A program made the position numbers and the translations under genes. The notes beneath the pieces are model-generated. The model saw nothing but the letters and a program-made list of their open reading frames with translations, made no database searches and was not told where the DNA came from. Below are positions 41,176 to 51,254 of a stretch of 64,000 bases of DNA, in pieces. Where the stretch lies: the sequence record NZ_CP022047.2, one strand, 5' to 3'. Origin of the DNA: a plasmid. Within the stretch, counting starts at the first letter, position 1. Each line of letters begins with the position of its first letter.

Positions 41176-42690
41176 TCAACTCGAATCAACCTCTATCCTC
41201 TTCCGGTAAAATGCCTCTAATTGTAAGTCTTCTGTGATAATCTGAATGGTTGTATCAATGAATGTACTAGTTTTTGATGATACGCGATGTTTTTTAAACA
41301 CACGATTCAATTTCATTTTCAAATGTGCCGTTGATCTAATACGTTTACCTCTTACTTTTTTCATTGCTTCTTGAATCATTGTTTTTCGTGTTGCTAAATA
41401 CATCACCGCATTTTTCCCTTTAGTTGTATGGCTGTAGAACGTTTGGACGTCTTTTAATAAGGCTTTAAGTGTCGATTTTGACATTCCTAGAGCCTTACAT
41501 AATTCTGTTCTTGTTGTTTTCACAATGCCATTACGCGCATTTTTTTGTATGTATTGATATAAATCTTGTTTCCATTCTGAATAATGAACACGTTGTCTTT
41601 GTTCTCTTGATTTACGATGTTTTCTAAAGAATAATGAATCAACTTTGATACTATGCTTTTCGCACCATGTATATAAAAGCGTCATAATATGCTTTTTTGA
41701 AGCCCCTTTATAACGTCCTGAATAAGCACTATTAACCTTTTCTTCAACCTGTTTGTCATCTAAAGGTCGTTTTAGTTTTTGATTCCATTGATTCATAACA
41801 GCCAAAGCTTCTGACTTATCCATGTTACTCGCATACATATGAAGTGCCATTGTAAAAACAGCATTATCTCTCGCAATAATTCCGTTTCCTTCACCTGCAA
41901 TGTCTGTAGCATTGTATAAGTGATGGAACCATGGCTCATGAATGGATTTTAATTGTTTAAATTGTACTGTTTTAGGTTCATTATACTTATCCTTAAGGGT
42001 TGTTAGTTCAAAGTTCATTGAAAAATCAATCATTGTTTGAAAGTCATAGATATGTTCGTCATTGAAATAGACAACGTTATCATGCCTAGGTACACGGAAG
42101 AAACCGAAATGATTACAATTGATATCAATGCCTTCAATCACTTCGGCATAGTATGTTCTTAAGTTCATTGAAACACGTTTTGCGCGATCTAACCCTAAAT
42201 TAAACGCTTTTTTACCTATATTTTTCATAAAAATAGGCGATTTTAAGTAGAACATAACATGGTAGCCATTTGGGGTATCCATAATGAGCGTTGGTTTAAT
42301 ACCTATGTCGTGTCCTCTCGCAATAATATCTTCTATTGTCACGGTCGCTTTATCTACACCATCTATATCAATCGCAAATACATTTATTTGTTTTAAATTT
42401 GTTTCCAAATGCCCAGCAAACTTACCTTCTTTTGTGTAGTACGCTGAACGAAACACATTTGGTGTCATGTGCGTAATATCATGTCTCATTTCATGAAATG
42501 TTTCAAACGAATCGATAATCTTACCTTCAGTTTTACTTAAATCTTCTTTTGTCTTTGTCACAATAACCTTACCATTTTTAAAAGTACATTTTTTTAAATT
42601 TTTATTATGCATATTATCATTTCTTGATAAACCATTATGTAACATACCATCAAAAATTGCTTGATCACGTGACTTTTTATTTTTAACCAT
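41176..42690 (-). CDS. Theta-replication initiator of the Inc18 RepR/RepE/RepS family (Prim-Pol-like N-terminal domain)
   Basis: 'HMTPNVFRS..YTKEG..NLKQINVFAIDIDG', 'NGYHVMFYL', 'NHFGFFRVPRHDNVVYF' and 'EQRQRVHYSEWKQDL' closely parallel conserved blocks of pIP501 RepR and pAMbeta1 RepE. Confidence 0.75.
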   Translation of the reverse strand: MVKNKKSRDQAIFDGMLHNGLSRNDNMHNKNLKKCTFKNGKVIVTKTKEDLSKTEGKIIDSFETFHEMRHDITHMTPNVFRSAYYTKEGKFAGHLETNLKQINVFAIDIDGVDKATVTIEDIIARGHDIGIKPTLIMDTPNGYHVMFYLKSPIFMKNIGKKAFNLGLDRAKRVSMNLRTYYAEVIEGIDINCNHFGFFRVPRHDNVVYFNDEHIYDFQTMIDFSMNFELTTLKDKYNEPKTVQFKQLKSIHEPWFHHLYNATDIAGEGNGIIARDNAVFTMALHMYASNMDKSEALAVMNQWNQKLKRPLDDKQVEEKVNSAYSGRYKGASKKHIMTLLYTWCEKHSIKVDSLFFRKHRKSREQRQRVHYSEWKQDLYQYIQKNARNGIVKTTRTELCKALGMSKSTLKALLKDVQTFYSHTTKGKNAVMYLATRKTMIQEAMKKVRGKRIRSTAHLKMKLNRVFKKHRVSSKTSTFIDTTIQIITEDLQLEAFYRKRIEVDSS

Positions 42691-42838
42691 AAAAAATCAC
42701 CTACGTATCCAAGTTAGAATTTGAATATGTGTGCGATAAAAAAGGTATTCAAGCTTTCTTATCCATACAATCCAATCCTAAAACCCAAACGTAGATGAAA
42801 GAAATAATAATAATTTTTTATGAATTTGGTCAAAACTA

Positions 42839-42990
42839 TTGCATTCTTAAGTAAGGTCACATAAAATAAGGTTATCGTAAATTAAATCATGTGACTACTT
42901 TCTGTTTTTGATTGAGTTTTGGGAATGGATTGTATTTACAAATCAAGCAACTAATCATGGACAACGCTTCCCCAAGCGTTGTTCTTTTTT
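42839..42990 (+). ncRNA. Candidate countertranscript (antisense copy-control RNA) in the rep leader region
   Basis: Plus-strand promoter TTGCAT-17-TAAAAT (42839-42867). Intrinsic terminator 'ACAACGCTTccccAAGCGTTGTtctttttt' (~42960-42990). It runs antisense to the predicted rep mRNA leader, as for RNAIII of Inc18 plasmids. Confidence 0.35.
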
Positions 42991-43181
42991 ATTTGCTTAT
43001 ACTTTTTAAAACTTTTAATAAGGTTTCACTTCAGTCTTAAAAAGCGATTTGTAGCACAATTGCGTCCAAAATATTTAATTGTTGTCTATAATATTAAAGC
43101 AATCTAAACTTCGTGTAAATAATCATCACTATAAATTTTAAAATTTATATTTAGATAACTAATAATAATATTTTTAAAATT

Positions 43182-43418
43182 CTATTCAAAATTTATATTT
43201 ATACCATTTTGATTTTCTATTAGATAGCTTATAATTTGTATATCTTCGAAATACTCTGCTTGTTCTATGTCTTCTTGAAATTTCATGTAGGTCGCTAAAG
43301 TCATTTCAGATGATTTTAATGACAATTCTGCTTTTACCATATCTTTCATTTTTTCTATTGAAGTACCTAACACCACAAAGCCATGTTCACTGATTGCGAA
43401 ATAAGACACTTTCATCAC
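43182..43418 (-). CDS. Small acidic hypothetical protein
   Basis: 78 aa. Last gene of a three-gene operon with overlapping stops and starts. Confidence 0.25.
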   Translation of the reverse strand: MMKVSYFAISEHGFVVLGTSIEKMKDMVKAELSLKSSEMTLATYMKFQEDIEQAEYFEDIQIISYLIENQNGININFE

Positions 43419-43716
43419 CCCATATTACGTATTCTAATACAATTTCTGCTAAATGTTTAGATTCTAAATACACATTATCATCGTACTCTAAACCAAAAAT
43501 ATTGAATGGTTCCACTATCGGAACTCGATTGATGATTGTATTTTGAATATGATTATGTTGTACTTTGTTTGAATTATTTATAATAAAGTATTCATCCATC
43601 TTTATACCCCAAATATATTTTTCTTCTACTTTAACGACCCTAAAAATACCAATCTTATTTTCACCTATCAACATATCTACAATATGTCCTTTTTCTATGG
43701 GTAACATCATAGCCAA
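43387..43716 (-). CDS. Hypothetical protein
   Basis: 109-aa ORF overlapping its neighbours. Confidence 0.25.
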   Translation of the reverse strand: MAMMLPIEKGHIVDMLIGENKIGIFRVVKVEEKYIWGIKMDEYFIINNSNKVQHNHIQNTIINRVPIVEPFNIFGLEYDDNVYLESKHLAEIVLEYVIWGDESVLFRNQ

Positions 43717-43892
43717 TCACTCCCCTCTAAGATATCAAAAATTGTGAGCTGTTTTTGTTGAAAATATTCTATCTGGACAATTTTATAGTTTACATTCATT
43801 ATGTTTGGTTCATTATTCTGAACCAACCTTTCATCAAACCCTTTTAGATGATATACAGTCCATTCTGTTAACTCTTCAATTATATTAGACAT
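43707..43892 (-). CDS. Small hypothetical protein (starts 'MSNI', within duplicated module copy 1)
   Basis: 61 aa. The start codon and SD 'AAAGGAGA' are part of the duplicated ~450-bp module. Confidence 0.3.
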   Translation of the reverse strand: MSNIIEELTEWTVYHLKGFDERLVQNNEPNIMNVNYKIVQIEYFQQKQLTIFDILEGSDWL

Positions 43893-44342
43893 CTTTACCG
43901 TCTCCTTTTTTAGAAATGATTTTGATTCACTTCTATATTGAATTGTGTTTTGTTAGTGAAAAGTCAGTTGATTTATTTCGAAGACAAGGGCGACTTTGTC
44001 GCAACGTTTACCCTTGTCTTTGAATGGTCGATCACAACCATTTATGGTTGATGATCCGACTTAATTAACTACATTTGAACGTCCAAAACACCAATATAGA
44101 TGTGAAAATGATTTTTAGAGGCGGTTTCCATATGCGTCTGCTTATGCAGACAAAAATACCGGTCAAAAGGGCTACCCTTTTGACCGGTATCAAGAGATTT
44201 GTTATAATATAGTTGTAAAAAAAGAGAACATGCGCGAACATGTTCTCTCCGTAGACCCGTTAAAAAGACGGTGACTTAAGTTAAAAAGATAAAAATAACC
44301 TTTTCGAACCTGTCAAAGTTGGAAGGTTATTTTTTTTGGTCG
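43884..44342. repeat. Duplicated ~450-bp module, copy 1 (structured leader plus sRNA plus toxin 3' end)
   Basis: Near-identical to 45095-45545 over the first ~380 bp. The last ~80 bp diverges but stays alignable. Confidence 0.8.
44216..44340 (+). ncRNA. Candidate antitoxin sRNA (SR4/RatA/SprF-like antisense), copy 1
   Basis: Consensus sigma-A promoter TTGACC-17-TATAAT with extended TG (44179-44209). 5' stem-loop 'AGAGAACATGcgcgaaCATGTTCTCT'. Terminator 'ATAACCTT...AAGGTTATtttttttt' overlaps the toxin ORF 3' end on the opposite strand. Confidence 0.5.
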
Positions 44343-44407
44343 TTGTTACTAATTATTACTAAGCCAATGATTGTTAATACAATCATGAGCATTTCATAAT
44401 CAGACAT
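44327..44407 (-). CDS. Type I toxin peptide, BsrG/TxpA/SprG-like, copy 1
   Basis: 26-aa ORF MSDYEMLMIVLTIIGLVIISNNDQKK with SD 'AAAGGA'. Its N-terminus parallels B. subtilis TxpA 'MSTYESLMVMI' and BsrG 'MTVYESLMIMI'. Its C-terminus parallels SprG 'LIGLVI'. Confidence 0.55.
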   Translation of the reverse strand: MSDYEMLMIVLTIIGLVIISNNDQKK

Positions 44408-44533
44408 GCTATTCCTTTCTAGGAGTAGAAACCAAAATCATAGGCATCACCCCATTTTCATGAGATTAGCCACCATCTATCCAACTTGTCTACTAAACTA
44501 TTCTAACACATCACCTCCTTTTCATCATTTGAA

Positions 44534-45103
44534 TTAAAGTATTTTGATTCTTGGGTCTAAAACACCCGTTATCGTATCATCATTAATATACGATACATAC
44601 TTTCTCGTTAATTCTTCATCAGACAATTGTATCCCTTCAAACTCAAAAAGCGCCTGTAAAACTTCTTTGTTTGAACATTGATTCAAGATATCTATTAACA
44701 GTCTAACATGTTCTCTTTGGTTCAAATAATTTGTGAGCCCTTCCTCATTAATCAAATTAATAATATTAGAACTGTCTTCTTCATCACATTCCAATTCGTA
44801 CATTTTGATATTGAAATATTCTCTATCAAAATATGTATTCAATATATCCAATGTTGGTCGAATATCATAGATATTCATGCCATTTTGATACAATGCATTT
44901 AATCCTGATAACAATACAATATCTTCTACGAAGTCCCTATAGTCGCTTTCTGAAATAGCCTCTCTTATCGCTTCGAATTGTTCCATATAGAACTCTGGAA
45001 ACTCGTCTTCTTCATATATACCAATTATATCTTTAGCCATAATCGGTGCATATTTTGAATTTGTTTGTTCCTTACAAAATACATAAAGTTTAATGTTAGA
45101 CAT
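44534..45103 (-). CDS. Highly acidic hypothetical protein (starts 'MSNI', within duplicated module copy 2)
   Basis: 189 aa, D/E/F/Y-rich. A candidate DNA-mimic or immunity-type protein. No recognisable motif. Confidence 0.3.
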   Translation of the reverse strand: MSNIKLYVFCKEQTNSKYAPIMAKDIIGIYEEDEFPEFYMEQFEAIREAISESDYRDFVEDIVLLSGLNALYQNGMNIYDIRPTLDILNTYFDREYFNIKMYELECDEEDSSNIINLINEEGLTNYLNQREHVRLLIDILNQCSNKEVLQALFEFEGIQLSDEELTRKYVSYINDDTITGVLDPRIKIL

Positions 45104-45545
45104 CTTTACCGTCTCCTTTTTTAGAAATGATTTTGATTCACTTCTATATTGAATTGTGTTTTGTTAGTGAAAAGTCAGTTGATTTATTTCGAAGACAAGG
45201 GCGACTTTGTCGCAACGTTTACCCTTGTCTTTGAATGGTCGATCACAACCATTTATGGTTGATGATCCGACTTAATTAACTACATTTGAACGTCCAAAAC
45301 ACCAATATAGATGTGAAAATGATTTTTAGAGGCGGTTTCCATATGCGTCTGCTTATACAGACAATAATACCGGTCAAAAGGGCTACCCTTTTGACCGGTA
45401 TTAAGAAATTTGTTATAATATGGTTGTAAAAAAAGAACATGCGCGAACATGTTCTCTCCGTAGACCCGTTAAAAAGACGTTATCTTTTATGATTTGATAA
45501 AATAACCATTAACCGTCTAGAGTTGGATGGTTATTTTTTTGGCTA
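45095..45545. repeat. Duplicated ~450-bp module, copy 2
   Basis: Direct repeat of 43884-44342. It has a compensatory change in the terminator stem (CCTT/AAGG to CCAT/ATGG). Confidence 0.8.
45426..45540 (+). ncRNA. Candidate antitoxin sRNA, copy 2
   Basis: Same TTGACC-17-TATAAT promoter (45391-45419), 5' stem-loop and terminator 'ATAACCAT...ATGGTTATttttttt'. Confidence 0.45.
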
Positions 45546-45548
45546 ATA

Positions 45549-45638
45549 TTAATGATTGCGATAACTAAGTCCAATAAGTGTCAGTATGAATATACCGAAG
45601 CTCATCATCATTTGTATCGAAACTTCTATTGAAACCAA
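45549..45638 (-). CDS. Type I toxin peptide, diverged paralogue, copy 2
   Basis: ORF (M)VSIEVSIQMMMSFGIFILTLIGLSYRNH from a TTG start with SD 'AAGGAGA', or 20 aa from the ATG. It shares the 'LT(I/L)IGL' core with copy 1. Its 3' end overlaps the sRNA terminator. Confidence 0.4.
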   Translation of the reverse strand: MVSIEVSIQMMMSFGIFILTLIGLSYRNH

Positions 45639-46113
45639 AAGGCGTCTCCTTTCTATTGGTTTAATTGTCATTGGATCTAAACCTTTTTCAATACAAGACA
45701 CCGAAGCAAAAAACTTTTAAGATCAATACATAATATATTTCTTTCTGTACAAATATGGTAATCATACATGATAAACACCAAACCCCTTACTACGCCACAT
45801 AGAAAAGGAGTTTGGTGTTTATCTATGAACTATTACTTTTATAAGCACATTATGACACATATGACATGGTATGTCATATGTAGCCATCTAAAAATAAATA
45901 TATTAATTATATTCTTTTACTTTAAATGTAAAAAAAATAAATACTTCTAATAATTTAAATATTTCACCATTCAAATCCTCAATTACCGCATTTACAACTT
46001 CAATAGATGTATTTCCTAATGATAATGCTTCATAATTCTTATGAAGCATTATACTTTCTTAAATAATCAATAACTTCTTTAATTGAATCTACTGTTAAAG
46101 GAAAGTGAGAAAT

Positions 46114-47031
46114 TTACAGTGATAAAACATACATTAAAATAGGTAATGTTATGATACATAGTATCGAAGACATAACCACATATTGAGAAGTTTCAGGACC
46201 TTTATCAGAATATATCGTTGCTAATGATGTATTAGTGGCACCAGCAGGCATCCCTCCAGAAAGCACCATAACACCTAAAATAACTTTATCTGTTATAAAC
46301 GTATTTAAAATTAAAAACACAAGCCCAGGTATCATGATAAGACGTACAAAACAAAAAATATAGATATTTTTAGAGGCCATGAATTTCTTAATATTGATAA
46401 ATCCAAACAAAGCACCTGTAATAATCATAGATAGAGGAGCAGTCATACTCCCTAATTCATCTAGAGCAGCAGTTAATGTTTTAGGTAATGAAACACCTAA
46501 TATCAATAATAAGATGCCTAGAAAAGAAGCTAAAAGTGCAGGGCTTAATAGTGTTGTACCTATATATTTAAAATTAACATCATTTTTATATAATCTTATA
46601 CCTAATGTAAATAAAAATAAATTAGATATTGTATTGTAAATGACAAGTATAAATAAGCCTTTTTCATCATATAGTGTACCTATAATAGGAATACCTATAA
46701 ATAGTATATTTGAGTATGTGCAACAACCAATCCATACCTTTTTTAAGGTTAATTCCATCTTAGTAAATGAAACAAGCAACTTAGAAAGAAGGAAAGGGAA
46801 AGCTACTAAAAATAAGCTGATACAAATGATCGTAACATAGAAATTTAAATTATAAGCAGTTATATTAACGTTAAAGCTAGTTAATATAGCTGCTGGTAAT
46901 ACAATATTAGTTAATAGATTTGATAAACTGCTGATATGTTTTTTGTGAATCCAATTTTTTCTGCTACATAGAAAACCAATAATGAGGAATATTAGTAGTA
47001 TTAAACATTGATCTATAACTGTAGTTATCAT
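46114..47031 (-). CDS. AEC-family (auxin efflux carrier/malate permease-like) membrane transporter
   Basis: 305 aa. About 8-10 TM helices with the typical AEC N-terminal helix pattern. Confidence 0.55.
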   Translation of the reverse strand: MITTVIDQCLILLIFLIIGFLCSRKNWIHKKHISSLSNLLTNIVLPAAILTSFNVNITAYNLNFYVTIICISLFLVAFPFLLSKLLVSFTKMELTLKKVWIGCCTYSNILFIGIPIIGTLYDEKGLFILVIYNTISNLFLFTLGIRLYKNDVNFKYIGTTLLSPALLASFLGILLLILGVSLPKTLTAALDELGSMTAPLSMIITGALFGFINIKKFMASKNIYIFCFVRLIMIPGLVFLILNTFITDKVILGVMVLSGGMPAGATNTSLATIYSDKGPETSQYVVMSSILCIITLPILMYVLSL

Positions 47032-47049
47032 ACTAATAATTCTCCTAAC

Positions 47050-48474
47050 CTACTCATAACGAATATAGGTTACAGTTGTATTTAAATATTCTTCAAAACC
47101 ATTCATGCCATCTGCTCCACCAAGACCTGATTGACGCCATCCCGCATGGTATCCAACAATGGCTTCTTCGGCTTCGCAGTTAACATAAACTTCGCCGAAT
47201 TTTAGTCTTTCACTTGCTAACATCGCTTCTTTTAGATTTTCTGTAAAAATATAAGAAGAAAGTCCATAATCAGAATTGTTGGCTTCGTCTAAAACTTCTT
47301 CAAAGTTTTCAAAACTTACGATTGGAAGTACAGGGCCAAAGACTTCTTCTTTCATAACTATAGAATCTTTAGAAAGGTTAGTTAAAATTGTTGGTGCATA
47401 GAAAAAACCTTTTCTATCTATGATATGTCCACCTAATTCTATAATGGCACCTTCAGCTACTGCACTTTGTACTTTTTCATTTATAGATTCTAATTGTTTA
47501 AGATTAATAATAGGACCCATAGTAGTATCTTTATCGTAAGGATCTCCAGGTTGAACTTTATTCATTTTATCTTTAACAAATGTTATAAATTCATCAAAAA
47601 CTTCTTTTGCTACATAGATACGTTCTGGACATGTACATACTTGGCCACTGTTATTAATTCTTGCTTGTACAATGTAACTAGCCGCTTTTTCTATATCGGC
47701 ATGCTTCGTAACAATCGCGGGCGCTTTACCGCCAAGTTCTAGGTTTACGCTTTTCACATTATTTGCTGCGCTTGCCATAACTGATTTACCTGCACCAGTA
47801 CTTCCTGTAATTGAAATCAGATCAATATCTTCACTTTGTGATAATAAGTCACCAACTTCTGAACCTGTTCCTGTTATAATCTGGACTAAACCATTTGGAA
47901 TGTCAGTCTTCTGTATATATTCAGCAATTTTAAAAGCGCCAAATGGTGTCTCCTCACTTGGTTTTATAACAATAGAACAACCAGTAACTAGAGCTGGAAT
48001 AAGTTTTCGCATCAAAACAAAAATAGGTGCATTCCAAGGAATGATACCAGCAGTATTCCCTACAGGTTTTTTTGTTAATATAATTGTCTCGTTTTCTACT
48101 TCACTTTGTAAAACTTCCCCATTATTTTTTCTAGCTAAACTACACATGTAATTAATATATTCAATAGATTTCTCTATTTCAGCTATAGCTGCATATAATG
48201 GTTTACCTTGTTCCTCAACATAAATTTCAGCCAATTCATTTTTATACTTTTCCAATTTTTCAGCTAAGACTTGAACAATTTTAGCTCTTTTTACAATATT
48301 AACCTGTTCCCATTTCAATTGCGCCTCTTTAGCACCATTGATCGCTTTTTTAGTATCATTTTCATTTGCTAAAGTAACTGTATCGATTATTTTCTCTGTA
48401 ACTGGGTTAATAACTTCTAATTGATTTGTAGAATTACTTTCTATAAATTGACCATTTATAAATAATTTATTCAT
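47050..48474 (-). CDS. NAD(P)-dependent aldehyde dehydrogenase
   Basis: 'ELGGKAP' Glu motif, 'GQVCTCPERIYV' catalytic Cys motif and a 'GSTGAG' NAD-binding motif. Confidence 0.85.
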   Translation of the reverse strand: MNKLFINGQFIESNSTNQLEVINPVTEKIIDTVTLANENDTKKAINGAKEAQLKWEQVNIVKRAKIVQVLAEKLEKYKNELAEIYVEEQGKPLYAAIAEIEKSIEYINYMCSLARKNNGEVLQSEVENETIILTKKPVGNTAGIIPWNAPIFVLMRKLIPALVTGCSIVIKPSEETPFGAFKIAEYIQKTDIPNGLVQIITGTGSEVGDLLSQSEDIDLISITGSTGAGKSVMASAANNVKSVNLELGGKAPAIVTKHADIEKAASYIVQARINNSGQVCTCPERIYVAKEVFDEFITFVKDKMNKVQPGDPYDKDTTMGPIINLKQLESINEKVQSAVAEGAIIELGGHIIDRKGFFYAPTILTNLSKDSIVMKEEVFGPVLPIVSFENFEEVLDEANNSDYGLSSYIFTENLKEAMLASERLKFGEVYVNCEAEEAIVGYHAGWRQSGLGGADGMNGFEEYLNTTVTYIRYE

Positions 48475-48569
48475 ATAATGACCTCCTTTTGTTATAATAT
48501 AATCTTTACGTAAAATTATGTAAATACAGAGTAAAAATTGATATACTGATTATATTAACAGTATAGATT

Positions 48570-48929
48570 ATGAAAGGTTTGAATATATTGATAGAATTTA
48601 AAAATCAAAGTTTTAATTGTGAAAAAGAGCTTGCTTTAAATATTATTGGTGGGAAATGGAAACTTATGATTGTATGGGAATTATTACGAGAAGAACCGCT
48701 ACGCTTAAATCAAATTGAAAAAGCCATCCCAAACGCTCATCAACGGGTATTAATTAATCAACTAAAGGAATTGGAAAAAGATGGACTTATTACACGTACC
48801 ATCTATCCAGTTATGCCACCAAAAGTAGATTATAAATTAACTGAATTAGGTAAATCTTTAAAACCATTAGCAAAAGAATTGTATAAATGGGGTGTTTACT
48901 TGTACAATTACGCAGAAAAAGAAGAATAA
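48570..48929 (+). CDS. HxlR-family winged-helix transcriptional regulator
   Basis: 'CEKELALNIIGGKWKLMIVWELL...RLNQIEKAIPNAHQRVLINQLKELEKDGLITR' matches the HxlR pattern. Confidence 0.75.
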   Translation: MKGLNILIEFKNQSFNCEKELALNIIGGKWKLMIVWELLREEPLRLNQIEKAIPNAHQRVLINQLKELEKDGLITRTIYPVMPPKVDYKLTELGKSLKPLAKELYKWGVYLYNYAEKEE

Positions 48930-49367
48930 ACAATGAAAGAAATTAATATAAGAAAAGATGTTAGATAAAGCATAGAAAATGAAAATTATAGCTATTCAAA
49001 AGAGTATACACTTTTAATTTTCCAGGTACATTTAATATATCAACTAATAGATTATGCACTTTAAGTATAACATGTTGTTCTACACCAGTTTTATTTATGT
49101 ATTTATTTTGGTTAAGGGGGATCCATTCTATACATTAGTCCAAAATTGAAATATCAGTTCTTGTGTATTAATGTAAAAGTGTAATTAAGAGCAATAAAAA
49201 AGAAGCACCCTACCATCGACTAACCTATTTTGTTATATCATTCAGTTCCAAAATATAAAAAGAAGACTTTTCATACAGAAAAGTCCTCTCTTAAAAGTTG
49301 GTGTTTGTTATGAAAGTTGTGTATCTTATACAAGCTATTTTCATTTTAAATCATTTATTTACTTTAT

Positions 49368-49838
49368 TCAACTTTCAATTATCTGTACATATTTTATAGC
49401 GTGTTTAAATACTATCATTTCCTTATTTTCTTTTGTAATATTAATTTCGAACTTTGATATTGCAATTAATTGAGCATCATTTATAGCTTTTCCATCAATA
49501 AAAACTATCTTAACTTTAGATCCGATTTTATCAGCCAATATTTCTTTGGGTTTGATATCATTTTTTTTAGTTTCCATACGTTCCGTCTCCTTTTTATTCA
49601 AATACTTTCCATGTCTATTTAAACTATTTTTTCCTAAACCAAACAAAATATACTTCAATTCTATTTTATCTAATGACTTTTCTATTCCATCTTCATCCAT
49701 TATCTCAATACAATTTGATCCACTCGTAAGATAAGTTGCTTTTTTATTTTCTCCATTTAGAGGACTAATTATACAAGTTTTTCCTTTTTTATTTTTAAAT
49801 CCAATTGTATGTTTTTCTTTTGGTCTTTTGTTGCTCAT
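49368..49838 (-). CDS. Hypothetical protein
   Basis: 156-aa basic protein. Confidence 0.25.
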   Translation of the reverse strand: MSNKRPKEKHTIGFKNKKGKTCIISPLNGENKKATYLTSGSNCIEIMDEDGIEKSLDKIELKYILFGLGKNSLNRHGKYLNKKETERMETKKNDIKPKEILADKIGSKVKIVFIDGKAINDAQLIAISKFEINITKENKEMIVFKHAIKYVQIIES

Positions 49839-49960
49839 ATTACCCCTCCCCTACTACATATTGAATAAAGCATAATGAATATTGCGTAATGAATAAAGTA
49901 TATTGAATATTGCATAATATATAATGTATACATATAGAAAATAAGCTGAAACTATCACGC

Positions 49961-50275
49961 TTATTTCTTTTTCTTTAAAGCCTTTTTTAATTTATAGTCA
50001 TTTTCTTGTTCAATAATTAACTTTAGTTTTTCTTGTTCACTTTTACCAATTTGATTTATATATAAGTTAAGTGCCTCTTCTAAAATGTTATCATAGGAAT
50101 CTTCTAGTTGAATTTTTTTAAGGGCTAATATCTTACTATGTGTTGCTCCCTTAACCCTCAATGTTGTTTGAGGTAAAGTCATTTCTTTTTCCTGTTGTGT
50201 TATTAATGTATTATCAAATTTTGATTGTGTTGTTTCGTTTGTATTTAATAAAGATTGTTTTTTCATTTGTATCAT
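49961..50275 (-). CDS. Ribbon-helix-helix ParG-like partition adaptor/centromere-binding protein
   Basis: 'TTLRVKGATHSKILALK' beta-strand-helix start. Its stop overlaps parA. Confidence 0.4.
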   Translation of the reverse strand: MIQMKKQSLLNTNETTQSKFDNTLITQQEKEMTLPQTTLRVKGATHSKILALKKIQLEDSYDNILEEALNLYINQIGKSEQEKLKLIIEQENDYKLKKALKKKK

Positions 50276-51066
50276 TCGCTTTCATAGTTATTTATTTCAG
50301 ATATTAATTCTTGTGTAATTGCTTCATACATAGATATGACTTTTCGATCATGGATATCTTCTTCTTTTATACCTGATATATCCCAACCCTTAACTCTTTC
50401 TCTTTGATAAACAAAACTTTTAAACAAATGTTCTCCATATTTTTCTGAAGCATTGTTAATAATATGTTCATCTACTTTTCCGTTATTTTTAAACATCACT
50501 GGTAATATACCAGCAATTTCAAAGTCATTTTGATAGATTTGTTTAAACTGTGATAAATGTCCAATGAACTTTTCCACAGCTTTAAAACTTCTACTATGAG
50601 TCTGCATAACAATTAATGAATAATCGCAAGCATAAATTGCACTATTTGAATAATCACTTATTGTCGGTGGTGTATCAATCAGTATGTAATCGTAATTATC
50701 TTTAATTGGTGCAATAAAATCACTAATTACTTTTGCACCATTAATTCTATTATATCCGGATTGTTCTAATAATTGAGGAAACCCAATCATATTGAAGTTC
50801 GATGGGATCAAATCTAAATTATCAGTTAGGTTTAATATTATTGATTCAACGGATTTTTGATCTTTTAGAGCATAATATAAGTCTTCCTTATTTTCAGTAT
50901 TGTAAGTGAGTAATAGCGTTTCCGTAGCATCTGCTTGTGGATCTAAATCTAAAACAAGAGTCTTATAGTTTAGCTTTTGTGACAAAACATATGCAATACC
51001 TAAAGTAGTAGATGTCTTTGAAACGCCACCCTTAAAATTATTGATAGATACGACTATTGCCATCAA
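50272..51066 (-). CDS. parA: ParA/Soj-family partition ATPase (type Ib)
   Basis: Deviant Walker A 'NFKGGVSKTSTT'. 264 aa. Confidence 0.8.
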   Translation of the reverse strand: MMAIVVSINNFKGGVSKTSTTLGIAYVLSQKLNYKTLVLDLDPQADATETLLLTYNTENKEDLYYALKDQKSVESIILNLTDNLDLIPSNFNMIGFPQLLEQSGYNRINGAKVISDFIAPIKDNYDYILIDTPPTISDYSNSAIYACDYSLIVMQTHSRSFKAVEKFIGHLSQFKQIYQNDFEIAGILPVMFKNNGKVDEHIINNASEKYGEHLFKSFVYQRERVKGWDISGIKEEDIHDRKVISMYEAITQELISEINNYESE

Positions 51067-51254
51067 ATCTCCTCCTTAATATACTTTTATACTAACATAT
51101 ATTATTCATTATACAATATATTTAATACATTAAATTTGAATAATGTATGCAAATAACTACAAGTTATAGCTTAAAAAATAATTATATATACATTTCAGTG
51201 TAGAGAATCTATAATACAACTGACAGTCAGTCAATTGTATTAGGCGATTATTCT

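Noticed and set aside
41176-42690. 504-aa Prim-Pol-like protein as a leading-region conjugative primase
   Set aside because: Block-wise similarity to pIP501 RepR and pAMbeta1 RepE, including the C-terminal 'ERQRVH..SEWK' region, indicates an Inc18-type replication initiator.
43893-44340. Riboswitch or T-box leader upstream of the 'MSNI' genes, because of the multiple conserved hairpins
   Set aside because: The hairpins sit 270-400 nt from the start codon with U-tracts on the opposite logic. A consensus promoter fires away from the gene and a small hydrophobic ORF converges on the resulting RNA. A type I TA architecture explains the data better.
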